Part shown: positions 1 to 7,717 of the stretch, piece by piece
Layout of the letters: each line of letters starts with the position of its first letter
Position numbering within the stretch: the stretch's first letter is position 1
IMG/VR virus record: IMGVR_UViG_3300031451_000007
Span: 1 to 38,004 of that record
DNA from: a virus
Lineage: Duplodnaviria; Caudoviricetes
Reading direction: 5' to 3' (one strand)
DNA length: 38,004 bases
The notes under the pieces: generated by a model
What the model saw: the letters and a program-made list of their open reading frames with translations, nothing else
Databases searched by the model: none
Told to the model about the DNA's origin: nothing
Translations under genes and position numbers: made by a program

Positions 1-174
1 GAGAGTTACGCGCTGTGCCTCGACCCCGAGGCGGGGCTGGTCTATCGCTGCGACGCGCCATTCGGTGGCCTAGTCGTGGGCGGCGTGAAGCTGCCCCGGA
101 CCGAGGGCGGCGGCTACGACGTGTGGCTCGATCGCGAAGGCAAAGCGTACGCACGTCCGACAGCGATCGCCTGA
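1..174 (+). CDS. Hypothetical phage protein, 5'-partial
   Basis: Frame 1 is open from the window edge (ESYALCLDPEAGLVYRC...AIA) to TGA at 172-174, with phage-like GC3 codon usage. Confidence 0.55.
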   Translation, partial: ESYALCLDPEAGLVYRCDAPFGGLVVGGVKLPRTEGGGYDVWLDREGKAYARPTAIA

Positions 175-209
175 CGCCCACCCGACATGCGGGGCGGGCC
201 GTGGCGCAC

Positions 210-241
210 CGCCCCGCGCACACCAGGAGGAGACGATGAGC
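210..241 (+). repeat. 32-bp direct repeat, copy 1 (RBS+ATG boundary sequence)
   Basis: CGCCCCGCGCACACCAGGAGGAGACGATGAGC, identical to 815-846. Confidence 0.95.
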
Positions 242-814
242 GCGCTCGCCACACAACAACAGCTGCCTTGGCTGGCGGAAGCGATCACCATCATCCCCAC
301 CAGGGAGGCGCGGCGCTTTGTGGAGCGGCACCACTACCTGCGCCGCTCGCTCCACATGGCGCAACTGTCCTACGGGATATACCGGGCTGGCGTGCTTGAT
401 GGGGTGTTCACGTTCGGCTTCCCCTTCTTCTCCCGCGCCCCGTTCGGCCTCGGCAGCCCGGTCGAGTGGATCGAATTCGCGCGCTGCGTCTGGCTGACGA
501 AGGACGATCGCAACACCGGCTCACGCGCGATCGGCACCATCCTACGGCGTGTCGGTGCCGATTGGCACGCCTATCTCCCGCACGTCTCCATACCGCTGTA
601 CGTGGTCAGCTACGCCGACCTGACCCGCCATACGGGGACGCTGTACCGCGCCTGCAACTTCATCGATACGGGCCAGAGCAACAGCCATCTGCGCTTCGGT
701 ATCGCGCGTGCCAATCGCATTGCACACGCCGACCGCGCGCATCCTAAACAGCGATTCGTGTATCCGCTGACGCGCGCCGCACGCAAGGCGCTCGCAGCTG
801 CGCTGGCCGACTGA
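236..814 (+). CDS. mom: Mom-family (GNAT-fold) DNA adenine modification protein
   Basis: Motifs FVERHHYL, E-x-x-R, N-x-x-S, VVSYAD-x3-H-x-GT-x-Y-x-A-x-NF-x3-G and terminal K-x-RFVYPL resemble Mu Mom-like proteins; strong AGGAGG RBS. Confidence 0.8.
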   Translation: MSALATQQQLPWLAEAITIIPTREARRFVERHHYLRRSLHMAQLSYGIYRAGVLDGVFTFGFPFFSRAPFGLGSPVEWIEFARCVWLTKDDRNTGSRAIGTILRRVGADWHAYLPHVSIPLYVVSYADLTRHTGTLYRACNFIDTGQSNSHLRFGIARANRIAHADRAHPKQRFVYPLTRAARKALAAALAD

Positions 815-846
815 CGCCCCGCGCACACCAGGAGGAGACGATGAGC
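815..846 (+). repeat. 32-bp direct repeat, copy 2
   Basis: Identical to 210-241. Confidence 0.95.
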
Positions 847-1251
847 ATCATCGAGACGGCCTACGGCGAGCAAGTCGCGGCCAGACTCTGCACCGCGATC
901 GAATCGCTGGACGAGGCGACCGCCGCCTACCAGACGACCGGGGACGCGCTACTCAGGGCGTATCACGACCATCAGAACGTGCGCGACATCCTCACGCGCA
1001 CCGAGACGCATTCGCGCGCCGCGTTGCTGAACGATGCCGACCTCGGCAAGAACGCCGATCAGCGCGCCGCCAATCTTGCCGAACGTCTCGCCGCCACCCC
1101 GCTCATCGCCCAGATACGCGAAGACCTCAACGACAAACAGTGGGCGCTCGATGACGCCGAGCGCGCCCACAAGAACGCCTATCACCTGCTGGAGTCGTGC
1201 CGCGTGGCGATCGGCGGCTACGCGGCGGTGCTGGGGGCGGTGGGGCGATGA
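841..1251 (+). CDS. Hypothetical helical/coiled-coil phage protein
   Basis: AGGAGG RBS, 136 aa, ATGA overlap with the next gene. Confidence 0.8.
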   Translation: MSIIETAYGEQVAARLCTAIESLDEATAAYQTTGDALLRAYHDHQNVRDILTRTETHSRAALLNDADLGKNADQRAANLAERLAATPLIAQIREDLNDKQWALDDAERAHKNAYHLLESCRVAIGGYAAVLGAVGR

Positions 1252-1580
1252 GTACGCGCACGACGAACCGTAACGTCCGCGCCGCGCTCCGCTTCGCGCG
1301 CCAGCACCCCGAACTGGCCTACGACAACCGTTGCGATGGGTGTGGCGCGCTCCTGGACGAACAGGACTACCGCCTCTGTGGCGGGTGCAACGATGCGCTT
1401 GATGACGGCGGGCACGCCGGGATCGGCTTCTACTCCACCACGCCGGACGGTCACGCGATCCATGTCAACGGCGCGCGGGACATGCCACCCGAGACGTTGG
1501 CGGCGCTAGCCCAACTGGCCGATCTGGCCTTCGCGCAGTACGCGCCCAAGCACGACGGGCGGGCGGTGCGGCATGGCTGA
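1248..1580 (+). CDS. Hypothetical protein with CxxC...CxxC zinc finger
   Basis: ATGA-coupled start; CDGC...CGGC. Confidence 0.65.
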   Translation: MSTRTTNRNVRAALRFARQHPELAYDNRCDGCGALLDEQDYRLCGGCNDALDDGGHAGIGFYSTTPDGHAIHVNGARDMPPETLAALAQLADLAFAQYAPKHDGRAVRHG

Positions 1581-1896
1581 GGTGCATCCAGGGGCGGCGC
1601 TGTTCAGCGAGGCGGCACGCAAGGCGGTCGCCGAGAAGCCATGCAGACATGACATCGTGGAGTCGCTCTTGGTCGCCGAGGGGTTGACATTGCGGGGGCC
1701 GAGCGCGGAGTACGTGTCCTATTTCACAAACGAGCACGAAACGGTACGCATGTTGTCTCAGGCGCACCGAAGACCCGACGACAACACCCGCGCGAATGCC
1801 TACGCCATCGAGGATTTGCGAGCCCTGCACCGATCGGGACGTTACGCCGACCGCGCCAAACTGCGCCGCGATCTGCTCGGGGCAACCAAGGACTGA
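1573..1896 (+). CDS. Hypothetical protein
   Basis: Overlaps the upstream stop; 107 aa. Confidence 0.6.
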   Translation: MAEVHPGAALFSEAARKAVAEKPCRHDIVESLLVAEGLTLRGPSAEYVSYFTNEHETVRMLSQAHRRPDDNTRANAYAIEDLRALHRSGRYADRAKLRRDLLGATKD

Positions 1897-1956
1897 CGAC
1901 ACGCGCGCGCCCGGGCGCACTGGCCGGGCGGCGCGACACACCGAAGGGAGGCGAAC

Positions 1957-2145
1957 ATGAAGCGCGTTCTTTGGGGTAATTGGGCTGGACGTAAGGTTAG
2001 CGTTGGTATCGGTTTTAACGCACGCGATCTCTGGATGGGCGTCTACGTCAAGCCCGAACGCGATCGACTCACACTCTACTGGTGCCCACTGCCGACGCTC
2101 GTGGTGCGGATCACCCTGCCACGCCGGAAGGTCGGTGCGCGATGA
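1957..2145 (+). CDS. Small hypothetical protein
   Basis: GGGAGG RBS, 62 aa, ATGA overlap downstream. Confidence 0.6.
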   Translation: MKRVLWGNWAGRKVSVGIGFNARDLWMGVYVKPERDRLTLYWCPLPTLVVRITLPRRKVGAR

Positions 2146-2531
2146 GCGACCTCGCCTTTCGCGACGTGCAATCCCGCTACGAGGACTGGGCCAGCGCGCA
2201 GGGCCACGCCACGCGGACGTCCGCGCCCGCCCCCCAAGGCTACGCCCTGCGGCTCATGGAGGAGGCGCTCGACGACAGCGAGGAGCGTAACGCCATCCTG
2301 CGTCGCGAGATCGCTCGGGCCGCGCAGGACTACGCCCGCCTGCTCGCCAGGACGAGCCACACGCGCCGGATCCACGCCCCGTGGCGGGATGCGCCGCTCG
2401 CACTCCTGGCGACCGCCTGGGACGCGTTGACCAGTCCGGACCGCCACGACCTGACCGGCTTCCTGGCGGTGCTCGTGGGGGTGGTGGCGATACTCGCGGC
2501 GGTGCTGCTCGGCGGGCCGGGTACGCCATGA
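2142..2531 (+). CDS. Hypothetical protein with C-terminal transmembrane helix
   Basis: ATGA-coupled; ends in the hydrophobic stretch GFLAVLVGVVAILAAVLLGG. Confidence 0.7.
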   Translation: MSDLAFRDVQSRYEDWASAQGHATRTSAPAPQGYALRLMEEALDDSEERNAILRREIARAAQDYARLLARTSHTRRIHAPWRDAPLALLATAWDALTSPDRHDLTGFLAVLVGVVAILAAVLLGGPGTP

Positions 2532-3073
2532 ACGAGCAAAGTATGACGGTCAAGCTGATGGAGCCGTTCCCCCGCGAGGCGATCAAGACCCGACAGGGCG
2601 GCGGGAACACCCGCCTGTCCTACATCGAGGGCCACACGGTTATCCACCGGCTGATCGCCGCCACCGACAATCGTTTCGATCTGCGCGTGCTGAACGTCGA
2701 GCAGAAGGGCGACCTCCTCACGGCCCTGGTGGAACTGACGATCCCCGGCCTGGGGAGTCGGCAGCACATGGGCGTGCAGAAAGTCAGCGAGCGGGGGGGT
2801 GAGGATCTCGTCAAGGGCGCGATCACGGACGCCATGAAAAAGGCCGCGACCCTGTTCGGCGTGGGCCTCGAACTCTATGGCCCCGACTACGGCGCGATCG
2901 GCGATGACGGCCCCGATATGGACTGGCCCGCCGCTCGCAAGTGGCTCCGTGAGGCGGGGTTCGCGGACAGCGCCGCCGTGAGCGCCTACCTCGGCAGGAG
3001 CGTCAAGGATTGGACACCCGGAGAAATTTGCACTGCTGTACAGGTGAAGCAACAACAGGAGCAACCCCGATGA
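2528..3073 (+). CDS. Rad52/Rad22-family (Sak-like) single-strand annealing recombinase
   Basis: L-x-EPF...K-x-RQGGG...LSYIEGH-x-VI-x-RL and KGAITDAMKKAATLFGVGLELY are Rad52_Rad22 signatures. Confidence 0.88.
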   Translation: MNEQSMTVKLMEPFPREAIKTRQGGGNTRLSYIEGHTVIHRLIAATDNRFDLRVLNVEQKGDLLTALVELTIPGLGSRQHMGVQKVSERGGEDLVKGAITDAMKKAATLFGVGLELYGPDYGAIGDDGPDMDWPAARKWLREAGFADSAAVSAYLGRSVKDWTPGEICTAVQVKQQQEQPR

Positions 3074-3336
3074 GCAGCCCGCACCGCCCGACGCCCGACC
3101 ACGAGCCGCCCGACGCCGCCGCGCTCGCCGTGCCCCTCCCCCGCGTCGAACTGGTCGCCGTGCCGTGGGTCAGCATCGAGGAGCGTCTGCGTGCCTGGGT
3201 GCTGGCACCGGCCCCTGAACAGTCCGAGGCTGAGCACAACGTCAATCAGCGCCGGTACTGGGTGCAACAGCACGCGGTACGCGAGAGATTGGCCGTACCT
3301 GACCGCCCCTTTATCGAGCAGGCCGAGGCGGCATGA
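3070..3336 (+). CDS. Hypothetical protein
   Basis: ATGA-coupled at both ends; ends in AEAA. Confidence 0.55.
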   Translation: MSSPHRPTPDHEPPDAAALAVPLPRVELVAVPWVSIEERLRAWVLAPAPEQSEAEHNVNQRRYWVQQHAVRERLAVPDRPFIEQAEAA

Positions 3337-3668
3337 GCGACCTGTTCCGCGCCAGCCTCAAAACGTACCGGAACCGGCGGCGCTGGTCGCAGGAACATCT
3401 CGCCTTCGAGGCCGAGATGGATCACTCACTCGTCTCTCGCCTCGAATCGGGCCAACGCAAACCGACGCGGGACGCCATCGCCAAGCTCGTCCCAGTGCTG
3501 CAACTGACCGCGCGCGAGGCGACCATATTGTACCTGAGTGCCGGACTGACACCGCCCGATCTCGACATCGGACACCTGATGACCGCGCTCATTTTCGTGA
3601 CTGAGATGACCACGGCGGAGATCGAGGCGGCGCGACGGCTGATTGCGGTCGCACGCGACGCCACCTGA
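3333..3668 (+). CDS. XRE-family helix-turn-helix regulator
   Basis: LKTYRNRRRWSQEHLAFEAEMDHSLVSRLESGQRKP is a classic HTH_3 pattern. Confidence 0.88.
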   Translation: MSDLFRASLKTYRNRRRWSQEHLAFEAEMDHSLVSRLESGQRKPTRDAIAKLVPVLQLTAREATILYLSAGLTPPDLDIGHLMTALIFVTEMTTAEIEAARRLIAVARDAT

Positions 3669-3720
3669 CGACCGCCAGCGCGCGGCGCGGACAGCCCGCG
3701 CCGCGCCGAGAGGAGCACCG

Positions 3721-3954
3721 ATGATGGCTGTCACGGAATATGTCACCGCCTATAGCACCGAGGCCATCGAAGAAGAGACGCTAGAGCCGCACCCGGCGCT
3801 GCGGGCGTTCGTGCAGCAGGTCGAGGAGGGCGGCTACCAGCCCTCCCCGAACGAGGCGATGCTGATCAATGTGGTCGTGCGCCAGCAAGACGCGCTGGCC
3901 GCAATGGCACGCGAGTTCGTTGCCCTGCGCCGCACACAGGAGCCGCAATCATGA
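3721..3954 (+). CDS. Hypothetical protein
   Basis: GAGGAG RBS before ATG at 3721. Confidence 0.65.
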   Translation: MMAVTEYVTAYSTEAIEEETLEPHPALRAFVQQVEEGGYQPSPNEAMLINVVVRQQDALAAMAREFVALRRTQEPQS

Positions 3955-4051
3955 CCGCCACCCCCGCCACCGCCTGACCCGGCGCGCGACGCGGGGCGCT
4001 GCGGGGGCGGCGTGCGGGGCGAACTGGATCGGCGGAATTTGGCGTCAGGAC

Positions 4052-4081
4052 TTGTAAATCGGGGTGTTGGTGTGATAGAAT
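4052..4081 (+). promoter_or_regulatory. Putative sigma70-type promoter of the replication operon
   Basis: TTGTAA-18 nt-TAGAAT, with a TG extended -10. Confidence 0.45.
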
Positions 4082-4087
4082 TCGTAG

Positions 4088-4260
4088 TACCACAGCCGCA
4101 TGAGGGAGCGCGTACGGCAACGTACAAATCCCGCACTTCCGAACCGAATAGCCCGCGCTATGCTCCCGATCTCGGGGGTGAGCGTGCTATTATATCGACG
4201 ACACCCGGAGAGACCTCGTGCGGCTGTGGTAAGCGTACGTGGCAACCTCTCCGGGTGTCG
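4088..4260 (+). ncRNA. Structured leader / putative antisense-switch RNA
   Basis: 18-nt inverted pair 4088-4105/4214-4231, 14-bp perfect stem 4199-4212/4247-4260, and an additional hairpin at 4147-4190. Confidence 0.5.
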
Positions 4261-4286
4261 CCGCGTTCACCACAGGAGCGCGGATA

Positions 4287-4339
4287 ATGCCTGATCTCAC
4301 CCCTATCCCCACCCAATATAACGGACACCTCTTTCGGAG
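4287..4339 (+). pseudogene. Orphaned original 5' end of the PD-(D/E)xK nuclease gene (MPDLTPIPTQYNGHLFR)
   Basis: AGGAG RBS; the peptide parallels the N-terminus of 4985-5530 (LNPIETVYSGHLFR) and is interrupted exactly at the HNH stop codon. Confidence 0.7.
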
Positions 4340-4340
4340 A

Positions 4341-4907
4341 TTACAGCGTGAGGTGAGTGCAGACACGTGCGATCCATTCACGAAACTCCGTCTCAGTCAG
4401 GATGCCTTTGGCGATGTTGCATTGCTTACAGCACGGACGGACATTGCTTGCAACGTAGCCGAGCGTGTTGTCGATGCGATCGATACCGTTGCCAAGGTAG
4501 TCGCCGTTAGTGCCCGCCTGGGCGCGAAACTTCGTGGTCGGTGGGGCACCGCAGTAGGCGCAATCCTGCGATGTCAGATCGCGAAATTCTTCGACAGTCA
4601 GCGCGAATCCATAGCCACGGCCTCGGGCACTCTTCCGGTAAGCGCCGAAGAGTTGATTGAATGCCGATTTTCCGGTGGGCAATGCGTTCTTTCCGGCACT
4701 GGCCCGCAACACCTCCCGGAACCAACACCCGCAACTCTTGGTGTGTCCACGCGAGAGTTCGCGAAAGCTGACTACGCACTCGTTGCCGCAGTCGCAGACG
4801 CAACGCCAGAGGCGGTATTTTCCAGCTTTCTCGCTGACGCCTTTGTACTCCACGATGGTAAGGCGACCGTATCGCTCCCCAACTCGGTCTACGAATGGCT
4901 TGCCCAT
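4341..4907 (-). CDS. HNH-like (His-Me finger) putative homing endonuclease with N-terminal Cys-rich domain
   Basis: GERYGRLTIV...WRCVCDCG...L-x2-GHTKSCGC plus CAYCG...NGIDRIDNTLGY-x3-NVRPCCKQCNIAKG; ATG at 4907 follows a G-rich RBS. Confidence 0.85.
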   Translation of the reverse strand: MGKPFVDRVGERYGRLTIVEYKGVSEKAGKYRLWRCVCDCGNECVVSFRELSRGHTKSCGCWFREVLRASAGKNALPTGKSAFNQLFGAYRKSARGRGYGFALTVEEFRDLTSQDCAYCGAPPTTKFRAQAGTNGDYLGNGIDRIDNTLGYVASNVRPCCKQCNIAKGILTETEFREWIARVCTHLTL

Positions 4908-4914
4908 GATACCC

Positions 4915-4970
4915 CCCGCAAATACAATGGATAATAAAGAATTATACCACTTATCCATTGTATTTGCGGG
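4915..4970. repeat. Perfect 20-bp inverted repeat with a 16-nt loop carrying an extended -10 (minus strand)
   Basis: CCCGCAAATACAATGGATAA (4915-4934) / TTATCCATTGTATTTGCGGG (4951-4970); the loop reads GTGGTATAATTCTTTA on the minus strand. Confidence 0.92.
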
Positions 4971-4984
4971 AGGGGGGGTGTGTC

Positions 4985-5530
4985 GTGTTAAATCCGATTG
5001 AGACGGTGTATTCAGGACACCTCTTCCGCAGCCGCTTAGAAGCGCGCTGGGCGGTGTTCTTCGACGCGCTCGGTATTCGCTACGAGTACGAGGCGGAAGG
5101 CTACGACCTGAATGGGACGTGGTATCTGCCCGACTTCTGGCTGCCCGAGGTCGGTTGCTACGTTGAGATCAAGCCCGTCCCTCGCGGCGGATTCGGCCCT
5201 GATGCCGATCTCTTCAACGATACCGCGCAGCGGTTGGCGACTAGCGCTGATCGCGCCGTGCTGATGGTGTATGGCACGCCGTGGCCTGGGGCGTATGAAG
5301 TGATGCCGCATGAGCGACGGCGCTTCCATTTCGTGGAAGGTTGGCTATTCGCCATTGGCGGGCGACACCCCGAAGAAATGTGGCTGTACAGCGAGGCTGG
5401 CGCATTCTGCCTCAACCCTGCCAGTGCCGGCCATGACTACCCCGATCTCGAATCCACCCGATTGGGAGATGCATTTCAGGCGGCTCGCTCTGCTCGGTTC
5501 GAGCATGGGCATAGTGGGCGCACGCTCTAG
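4985..5530 (+). CDS. PD-(D/E)xK-superfamily phage nuclease
   Basis: FRSRLEARWAVFFD-x2-GI-x-YEYE-x-EG...YLPDFWLP...YVEIK; GTG start after a GGGAGG RBS. Confidence 0.82.
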   Translation: MLNPIETVYSGHLFRSRLEARWAVFFDALGIRYEYEAEGYDLNGTWYLPDFWLPEVGCYVEIKPVPRGGFGPDADLFNDTAQRLATSADRAVLMVYGTPWPGAYEVMPHERRRFHFVEGWLFAIGGRHPEEMWLYSEAGAFCLNPASAGHDYPDLESTRLGDAFQAARSARFEHGHSGRTL

Positions 5531-5542
5531 GAAGAGGATCGT

Positions 5543-6430
5543 ATGGCACGTATTCGCAGTATCAAGCCGGGATTCTTCACGAACGATCTGCTTGCCGAGG
5601 TGGACCCCTTGGGCCGCATCCTCTTTGCTGGCCTGTGGTGTCATGCCGATCGCGCGGGTCGTCTCGAAGATCGCCCGCGCAAGATCAAGGCGGAAGTGCT
5701 GCCGTATGACGCCTGCGACGTGGACGGACTGCTCACCGATCTGGTCAGACATGGCTTCATCGAGAGATACCAGATCGGTGAGATGAGGCTGATCCAGATC
5801 GTCACCTTCAACAAGCACCAGACCCCGAACATCAAGGAAGTAGACAGTATTTTACCGCCGCCACCCCGGCATGATACGCCCGCCACCCCGGCACAGTACG
5901 AGCACAGTGCCGAGACAGTGCCAGCACTTCACTTAACAGACTTGGGAACAGAACAGTTACAGGAGCAGGATCAGGAGCATATACAGGAGCAGGAGGGGGT
6001 GCAGGGGGGGACAGCGGCTACGCCGCCTGTGTCGGATGATGCCCCGGTTCGCCCTGTCGCCCGATTCGCAACCAAGAAGCACGAGCAGTCTTTCGCCGCC
6101 TTCTGGCAAGCGTGGCCGAAGAAAGAGGCTCGCCCCAAGGCGTTCGCCGCCTGGTGCAAGATCGGACCCGACCCCGATACCGTCCAGTCTATCCTCGACG
6201 CGATTCCTCGCCACTTGGCGATCAAGGACTGGCCTCGCGAGGGATGGCGCTACTGTCCGCAGCCGGCAACATGGCTCAACGAGCGGCGCTGGGAGGATGA
6301 GTTGCCGGATGTGGTGCCGCGATCGCTCGTCGTCAACGGCACCGCGATCCCGGCGAACAGCCGCACCGCCCGCAACATCCGCGTGCTCGACACGCCGTGG
6401 CCCGAACACCATCGTCAGGAGGATCGATGA
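5543..6430 (+). CDS. Phage replication initiator / replisome organiser
   Basis: MARIRSIKPGFF N-terminus, LWCHADRAGR, QEQ-repeat linker, and C-terminal F-x2-FW-x2-WPKK...AW-x-K...PATWLNERRWEDE. Confidence 0.85.
   Translation: MARIRSIKPGFFTNDLLAEVDPLGRILFAGLWCHADRAGRLEDRPRKIKAEVLPYDACDVDGLLTDLVRHGFIERYQIGEMRLIQIVTFNKHQTPNIKEVDSILPPPPRHDTPATPAQYEHSAETVPALHLTDLGTEQLQEQDQEHIQEQEGVQGGTAATPPVSDDAPVRPVARFATKKHEQSFAAFWQAWPKKEARPKAFAAWCKIGPDPDTVQSILDAIPRHLAIKDWPREGWRYCPQPATWLNERRWEDELPDVVPRSLVVNGTAIPANSRTARNIRVLDTPWPEHHRQEDR
5891..5991 (+). repeat. Iteron-like repeats, probable origin inside the rep gene
   Basis: Three 11-bp-period units (GCACAGTACGA, GCACAGTGCCG, AGACAGTGCCA) followed by CAGGAGCA x3 at 12-bp period (5960, 5972, 5984). 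Confidence 0.55.
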
Positions 6431-6996
6431 ACAGCGCGCAATTCAAGTCCCAACTCATGACCCTGGCCGAGTTGACCAACAAGGAGTTCACGTCCGACGC
6501 CGTGCCGCGCTACTGGTGGCAGACCTACGGCGACCTGCCCGACGATGTCCTGCAAAAGGCGTTTGCCGCCGCGCAACGCGCCTCACGATTCTTCCCAACG
6601 CCCGCCGAGTTCGACGCGATCCTCCGGCAAATCGCGGCGAAGGGCGGCGCGGTGGTGGACGGTGCCTCCGCCTGGGACGCGATGGAGCGGGAGCTATTCG
6701 GCTGCTGGTCGGAGACGAACGACCGGATCAACGTCCGCGTGCATGGCTACCCCTGGCCCAACGACCGCAGCAAAGCGATCCTGCGGGGCGAGTTGAACTG
6801 CACGGTGCGCGACGTGGCCGAGATGCACCCCAAGGGTGTGGCCGATCTCCGTGCCCGCTTCGTCGCCCTCTACGACGGCGTGGCCCAGGTGGAGCAGGCC
6901 GAGCAGACCGTCGCCAGATTGGCCCCACCGGAGACGGTCCCGATCCCGATCCCGCCGCGCCCGCAGCGCCCGCGCCTCGTCGGCGGGGAGGAGTGA
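6427..6996 (+). CDS. Putative helicase loader/inhibitor-type replication partner
   Basis: ATGA-coupled to rep; YW-x4-DL...F-x7-RFFPTPAEF...AW pattern typical of rep-adjacent genes. Confidence 0.6.
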   Translation: MNSAQFKSQLMTLAELTNKEFTSDAVPRYWWQTYGDLPDDVLQKAFAAAQRASRFFPTPAEFDAILRQIAAKGGAVVDGASAWDAMERELFGCWSETNDRINVRVHGYPWPNDRSKAILRGELNCTVRDVAEMHPKGVADLRARFVALYDGVAQVEQAEQTVARLAPPETVPIPIPPRPQRPRLVGGEE

Positions 6997-6997
6997 C

Positions 6998-7372
6998 ATG
7001 GGCGTCTGGGATCGGGCGACCACACCGCTCTTCGCACCCGTACGCGACGACCCGAAAGCCCAAGCCAATGCGGCCTGGGTGCGGAAATGGCTCGCGGCGC
7101 TGGTGGATGGATCGAAGACGACCGAGCAGTTCGACGCGGCGATCCCGAAGCAGCGCAGCCGCATGATCGCGCAATACCTCCACATCTACGGCAAAGCCGA
7201 CGAATACTACGCGGTCTGCAACGCGCAGATCGATCGCCGGATGGAGCGCCTGCACGGCAAGCGATATTGCCGCTGGCGTGGCTGGGTCAACCTAGAGGAA
7301 TTTGACTCCTGGCGTTGGGACCGGGCGCGCGAGCGCTCGCAGTTGCCGAACAAGGACCGGAAGGTGGCGTGA
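6998..7372 (+). CDS. Hypothetical protein
   Basis: GGAGGAG RBS; 124 aa. Confidence 0.7.
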   Translation: MGVWDRATTPLFAPVRDDPKAQANAAWVRKWLAALVDGSKTTEQFDAAIPKQRSRMIAQYLHIYGKADEYYAVCNAQIDRRMERLHGKRYCRWRGWVNLEEFDSWRWDRARERSQLPNKDRKVA

Positions 7373-7436
7373 TGGCGCGACGGTGGGACCGCTGCCGGGC
7401 GGCGACGGGGCAGGAGGGGACGGAGGGGGGGCTAGG

Positions 7437-7670
7437 ATGGCGGTACTGGAGAGAGAGCCGACGCACGATGCGCTTTGTGCTGCAAACATCCTCGACCTGC
7501 GCGACTGGCTGGCCGAGCACTTCGACGATACGGCGTGCGGCCTCCTCGCGCCGCTCGGCTGGCCGTTGGTGGAAGTCACCCCGGATCGGGAACAGGCGTG
7601 CGGCGTGCTGATCCTCGTGCGCGGCGTCGGGACGATCCGCGTGACGTTGACCGTGGATAGCGTGCAGTGA
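7437..7670 (+). CDS. Hypothetical protein
   Basis: G-rich RBS; flanked by 28-bp imperfect direct repeats at 7390-7417 and 7683-7710. Confidence 0.55.
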   Translation: MAVLEREPTHDALCAANILDLRDWLAEHFDDTACGLLAPLGWPLVEVTPDREQACGVLILVRGVGTIRVTLTVDSVQ

Positions 7671-7717
7671 GCGCCGCGTGATCGCTGCCGGGCGGCGGTG
7701 GGGCAGGAGGAGGGGCG

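Larger units (their letters stand above)
4340..5031. mobile_element. Putative free-standing homing endonuclease cassette with a replacement 5' gene end
   Basis: Bounded by GGACACCTCTTTCGGAG (4323-4339) and GGACACCTCTTCCGCAG (5015-5031); lower GC; removing it restores one in-frame gene. Confidence 0.65.

Noticed and set aside
4239-4934. 231-aa + strand ORF overlapping the HNH gene
   Set aside because: Only residues encoded at 4287-4339 look genuine; the rest is antisense read-through of the HNH gene.
4915-4970. Invertible promoter (phase-variation switch)
   Set aside because: The 16-bp spacer is very short for recombinase-mediated inversion and no invertase is present in the window.
4340-5031. 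Group I or II intron interpretation of the HNH insertion
   Set aside because: The HNH ORF is antisense and fills almost the whole insert, leaving no room for a ribozyme core, and a replacement start is supplied. Only RT-PCR would fully exclude it.
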